Notes under the pieces: generated by a model | Databases searched by the model: none | What the model was told of the DNA's origin: nothing | The model's input: only the letters and a program-made list of their open reading frames with translations | Source: Thecamonas trahens ATCC 50062 | Lineage: Eukaryota; Protista; Apusomonadida | Length of the DNA: 64,000 bases | Assembly (NCBI RefSeq): GCF_000142905.1 | Contig: NW_013657656.1 | Span: 179,369 to 243,368, forward strand | Direction of reading: 5' to 3' | Program-made: the position numbers and the translations under genes | In this document: piece by piece, positions 60,158 to 64,000 of the stretch | How the letters are laid out: the number at the start of each line of letters is the position of its first letter | How positions within the stretch are numbered: the stretch's first letter is position 1

Positions 60158-61816
60158 ATGACTCGTAAGAAGGCGTCACACAAGACGCGGTCGAAAGGCA
60201 GTAGTCGCAAGGGTCGGAGCAGCAACCGCCGAGGCTCCCGGCAGCGTGACGACCGCCGCAGCCACAGCAGCTCGTCGTCTCAGCTCGATGCCGACGAGTA
60301 CTCTGCATCGCCGAGCCGCAAGGGCCGAAGCAAGGGCAAGGCGAGCCGGAAGGACCGGGGCAAGGGCAAGGCGAGCCGAAAGGACCGGGGCAAGGGCAAG
60401 GCGAGCCGAAAGGACCGGGGCAAGGGCAAGGCGAGCCGCAAGGGCCGAAGCAAAGGCAAGACCAGCCGCAAAGGCCGGAGCAATAGCCACCGCCGCGGCC
60501 AGAGTCGTTCCGACGAGTACTCTGCATCGCCGAGCCGCAAAAGCAAGTCAAGCCGCAAGGGCAAGCCGAAGGGCGAGGGCAAGGGCAAGGGCAAGACGAA
60601 CAGCAAGCTGTGGTCGACTCATTCTAGCGAGTCGAGCTCGAGGCCCAGCAAGCGACGCAAGTCACGGGCGGCAGCGTCATCGTCCGACTACGACGGGACG
60701 GATTCGGCCACCGCTACGCGGTACACAGTGGATTCGTGTGACTCGGACGCCGGTCCGACTTCCCTGGAGTCGTATTCGTCGGGCTCGTCGTACTCGACCC
60801 AGTGGGCGTGTTTCCGCAAGCGACGCGGGTTGCACAGTACCTCTGATGGCAAGGGCAGCACCAAGGCTGCGTGCAGCGGATGGTGCGCAGAGTGGGGCAA
60901 GTGGAGCCGGCTGCCGTGTGTGACTTGCCTCCTTGTGTTTGGGCGCTTTGCGCTTGCAGCTGTTCTCTTTGTGGCTGCGTACTACTCTGGCAACCCCGTG
61001 ATTCCTCTCGTTCTCGGCATGGTCTACTTTTTGCTTTGCGACCCCTTTGTAGCGGTACTCTCAGTGATGGGGCTCACTAAGATCAATATCCTCGTCGACG
61101 ATTTCGACGATCGAGAGTGGGAGATTGTGACGTGGGCAACCATTGCGGCCATTATCGCTGCCTGCTTTTTCACCTCGGCTGCAGGCGTGTTTGTGGCCGA
61201 GCTCGGCTCGCTGGACAACATGGACAACCACTGGATCGGCCCTGTGCCGGCGACACGGTCGGCACAGCTTGCTGCTCTTTCGGCCAAGCGGTTCTTTGAG
61301 TTTACCGACTACGAGATGCCGATCGCAGTGACCGGCTACCACATTTCGCACAGCTTCAAAAAGACAGGCTTGATCACGCCAGAGGAGCTGCCGGTGATGG
61401 TGACCCCGGTGACATCGCCCAACGGGACCGAAGTCAACGTGTGGGCGTGCGCGTGCGCAAAGCCGCGGTCATACGGCTGCCGGCGCTTCCCGGCTGTCGA
61501 TGTGACATCGGGAGATCGACAGGCTGCATGGCGCAAGCCGCACATCCGCGGCGGGGTGCGGGTCAAGTCGCGGGCGATCGTCGACTTTTGCCAGCGCGCG
61601 GCCAACGAGGCCATCGGCAAGGACGAGTTCAAGGCGCGATACACGGTCGGAGTCGAGGCCCGGCAGGCGGTTTTTGTCGAGTGGGCCGCCTTTGACCCGT
61701 ACCGCACCGAGCTCACCGTCATCATCAGCACCATCATCACTGTCACTCCAGTCTGCGTCGCCGTCTGTATCCTGGGCATGGTTGGTCTCGCCCGTTGTCT
61801 GGATTGCTCGGACTGA
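60158..61816 (+). CDS. Four-TM membrane protein, paralog B, with K/R/S-rich repetitive N-terminus
   Basis: Aligns with paralog A (GNPxIPLxLG, AAGVFxAELG, PNGTEVNVWACACxKPRSYGCRxFPAVDVTSGDRQ, AVFxEWA). Confidence 0.8.
   Translation: MTRKKASHKTRSKGSSRKGRSSNRRGSRQRDDRRSHSSSSSQLDADEYSASPSRKGRSKGKASRKDRGKGKASRKDRGKGKASRKDRGKGKASRKGRSKGKTSRKGRSNSHRRGQSRSDEYSASPSRKSKSSRKGKPKGEGKGKGKTNSKLWSTHSSESSSRPSKRRKSRAAASSSDYDGTDSATATRYTVDSCDSDAGPTSLESYSSGSSYSTQWACFRKRRGLHSTSDGKGSTKAACSGWCAEWGKWSRLPCVTCLLVFGRFALAAVLFVAAYYSGNPVIPLVLGMVYFLLCDPFVAVLSVMGLTKINILVDDFDDREWEIVTWATIAAIIAACFFTSAAGVFVAELGSLDNMDNHWIGPVPATRSAQLAALSAKRFFEFTDYEMPIAVTGYHISHSFKKTGLITPEELPVMVTPVTSPNGTEVNVWACACAKPRSYGCRRFPAVDVTSGDRQAAWRKPHIRGGVRVKSRAIVDFCQRAANEAIGKDEFKARYTVGVEARQAVFVEWAAFDPYRTELTVIISTIITVTPVCVAVCILGMVGLARCLDCSD
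60294..60545 (+). repeat. Coding repeats: 30-nt KGKASRKDRG units flanked by a duplicated DEYSASPSRK block
   Basis: CAAGGGCAAGGCGAGCCGRAAGGACCGGGG x3 from 60331; GACGAGTACTCTGCATCGCCGAGCCGCAA near 60294 and 60512. Confidence 0.88.
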
Positions 61817-62025
61817 CTGCCGACGCCAGATGCACGCCGTTAGAGTACTATGGCAAGCGATCGCGGCCAAAGACATTCTGCGTCGAGCCTTGCGTGCGTC
61901 GGACGTGGTGGACTACTTGACACGCGCGGAGGAGGGCGTTGTCAGCGGTAAAGTGCAGCTAGTGCGCTGGCTCGGCCCCGGCCACGTCCACTCCCACTCC
62001 ACTCACAGCCGAGTCACCCACCGCC

Positions 62026-62514
62026 ATGACCGAGGTCCACGTCGACAACGCGGCACCATGGTCGACCGAGCTGACGCGCGAGCTAAGCAGATGGCGGGCA
62101 AGTGTGGATGAGGAGGATGAGGCCGCGGGCCGCATGCTGCATGCGGTCGAATACGCGGCATATGCATTGTATGCCACCCAGCGGTGGCGCGGGGTGACGG
62201 CGGTGGCGCGGGCGCTGACCGAAGCCAGTGTAGCGGCAATGAGCCCGACGGTGCAGCGCGAGATCGAGGACGCTCTTGGGTGCAAGGTGGGTGATCGCGG
62301 CGAGTTGTGGATGCTGCTAGCGACCGATGTGCTCACCGACAAGGTATTCTCCATGGTGGTGATACTGGACGATGTGGCGGTGTCGGGTGGGACGCTAGCC
62401 TGGCTGGCGACCTACGCGCGAGTTCCGACCACCCACGGGCTGGTGGGCGTCGTCATGGCGCCGACGGGTTTCTTCAACACCTTTGAGATTACGGCAGGCC
62501 TCCCGAACGTGTAA
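62026..62514 (+). CDS. Small hypothetical protein, possibly a divergent tRNA-splicing endonuclease Sen15-like subunit
   Basis: 162 aa; size, YALYATQRWRGV and terminal VGVVMAPTGFFNTFEITAGL loosely echo Sen15. The family call is weak. Confidence 0.45.
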   Translation: MTEVHVDNAAPWSTELTRELSRWRASVDEEDEAAGRMLHAVEYAAYALYATQRWRGVTAVARALTEASVAAMSPTVQREIEDALGCKVGDRGELWMLLATDVLTDKVFSMVVILDDVAVSGGTLAWLATYARVPTTHGLVGVVMAPTGFFNTFEITAGLPNV

Positions 62515-62542
62515 TTTATGGGGAAAGGGCGGGCGGAAGGAG

Positions 62543-64000
62543 CTACGATGGGCTGCTGACCGATGCGGCGGCCTTGGCGGCGGCCATGCCGGCCTCGATG
62601 TCAGCACGGGCCTTGGGGATGCTCGCGGTGAGGAGGCGCCGGTCGAGGGTTGCGCCGTCGATGGCGACGTTATCTTCGATGCGGACGCCAATGCCTGCAA
62701 AGGCCGGGTCGATGGCGATGCCACACTCGTCGTAGAGGAGCTGCAGCGCGTGTGCGCCAAAGTAGAGGCCAGGCTCGACGGTAAAGACCATGCCCGGGCC
62801 GAACGGGGTGTGGCGAGCCGTCGGCGTGTCGTGGGTGTCCATGCCGAGAAGGTGGCCGATCGAGTGCGGGTAGAGGACGTCGACAGCACGCTTGGCGTCG
62901 CCACGCGACTCGACGATCTTGGTCTCGACGAGGGCGTCGGTCATGGCGCGAGTCGCCATGCCGCCGAGCTTGGCGAGCGAGTCGTACTTGTCTCGCTGGG
63001 TGTCGGCGGCATCGAGGACAGCCTCCTGGACACGAGGACGGCGTCGTAGACGAGGGCCTGCGGCGCCGAAAACTTGCCGGAGATCGGGTACGTCCGGGTC
63101 ACGTCGCAGGCGTAGCCGCAGTACTCGGCGCCAGCGTCGATGAGCAGCAGCTCACCGGGCTGCAGGAGGCGGTTGTTGGCGACGTAGTGCAGGATGGTGG
63201 CACGGGAGCCCGAGGCAACAACAGGCGGGTAGGCAAGGCGGTCGCCAAAGCGCGAGCGGGTGACGACCTCGAGCAGGGCGTCGACGTCGCGCTCCGAGTA
63301 GACTGTGCCTGAGCCGAGGCGCTCGGCGACGGCACCAAAGGCGAGCGAGGTGATCCGAGCGGCATTGGCCATGATCTGCAGCTCACCGTTGGACTTGAAC
63401 ACCCGCATGCGCTCGACAAGCGAGGTGGGATCGGCCTCGGATGCACGCGAGGCTGCGTTGCCGACAACGCTGGCGTCGCGAGTCGGGCCCTTGGCCACCA
63501 GCAGCTCACCGCCGGCGTCGATGACTGCGCGGCAGGCGTCGGCGACCGAGCTCACGGGCGCAGTGCCCGTGACGGCAAAGTAGGCGGCCGCCGCGTCAAC
63601 GCCCGACCGCGGCCCGTCCCACAGCTCGCGGTCCGGATCCTTCTCGGCCACAAACAGGATGGACTCGCCCGAGGCGTGGACCATGAGCGCGGCGTGCGGC
63701 TCCTCAAAGCCGCACAGATAAAGCAAGTCCGAGTTCTGCCGGTACCGGTATGGCACGTCGTTGGACATGATGGGCACGGGCGCGGCCGGGAAGACCGCCG
63801 CCGACCGCGCCGGAAGCTTGCTCGCCAGCGCCGCCACCCGATCGGCGTACTCGGCGCGGGTAATGCACGGCGTCACCTGGTCCTCCACGCCCTCGACCTG
63901 TGGAAAGAGATGCGGATGGCTAAACGGCGTTGGTTGGCCCATCTCCATTGCCGCTGGTGGCGGAGCTGGCGGCGATGCTGATATCGATGCCGATGCCGAT
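62543..64000 (-). CDS. XPNPEP3: Xaa-Pro aminopeptidase 3 / Icp55-like M24B peptidase; 5' end off the window, apparent frameshift near 63033
   Basis: GQPTPFSHPHL, YRYRQNSDLLYLCGFEEP, LAYPPVVASG, LHYVANN, DAGAEYCGYACDVTRTYP; second frame PHSIGHLLGMDTHD, TVEPGLY, GVRIEDNV. Confidence 0.93.

Noticed and set aside
35211-63040. Calling the frameshifted genes pseudogenes
   Set aside because: Each has one indel, intact motifs and no other decay; sequencing error is more parsimonious.

Overview
GC-rich, extremely gene-dense eukaryotic nuclear DNA with about 30 protein-coding genes, few short spliceosomal introns and five N-gaps. The style (GC-rich codons, intron-poor, GTACG donors, poly-C/poly-G and CA tracts at gene starts) suggests a free-living protist such as the apusomonad Thecamonas trahens; this is inference, not a search result. 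Recognisable genes: mL41, BIG/Sec7 ARF-GEF, POLD3, APC4, CEPT, ATG11/RB1CC1, PGM, TBC1D23, NMT, RAE1, GH47 mannosidase, PSMG2, an EEIG1-like NT-C2 protein, VPS15, MCM9 and XPNPEP3. Several models needed manual splicing or frameshift repair, and two genes are not represented correctly in the ORF track. Top leads: (i) an adaptor with paxillin-like LD motifs plus FAT-like helical bundles, next to a BED-finger/tandem-CH protein and a PGM with a long SP-rich extension (possible adhesion or cytoskeleton cluster, 21.6-27.5 kb); (ii) a 92-aa three-exon standalone Par3/HAL N-terminal-domain protein; (iii) an unfamiliar tandem Cys/His domain protein; (iv) a bacterial-like orphan with a possible ADP-ribosyltransferase-type fold. 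No tRNA, rRNA, CRISPR array or intact mobile element was recognised. All family assignments come from reading motifs by eye; no database search was run.
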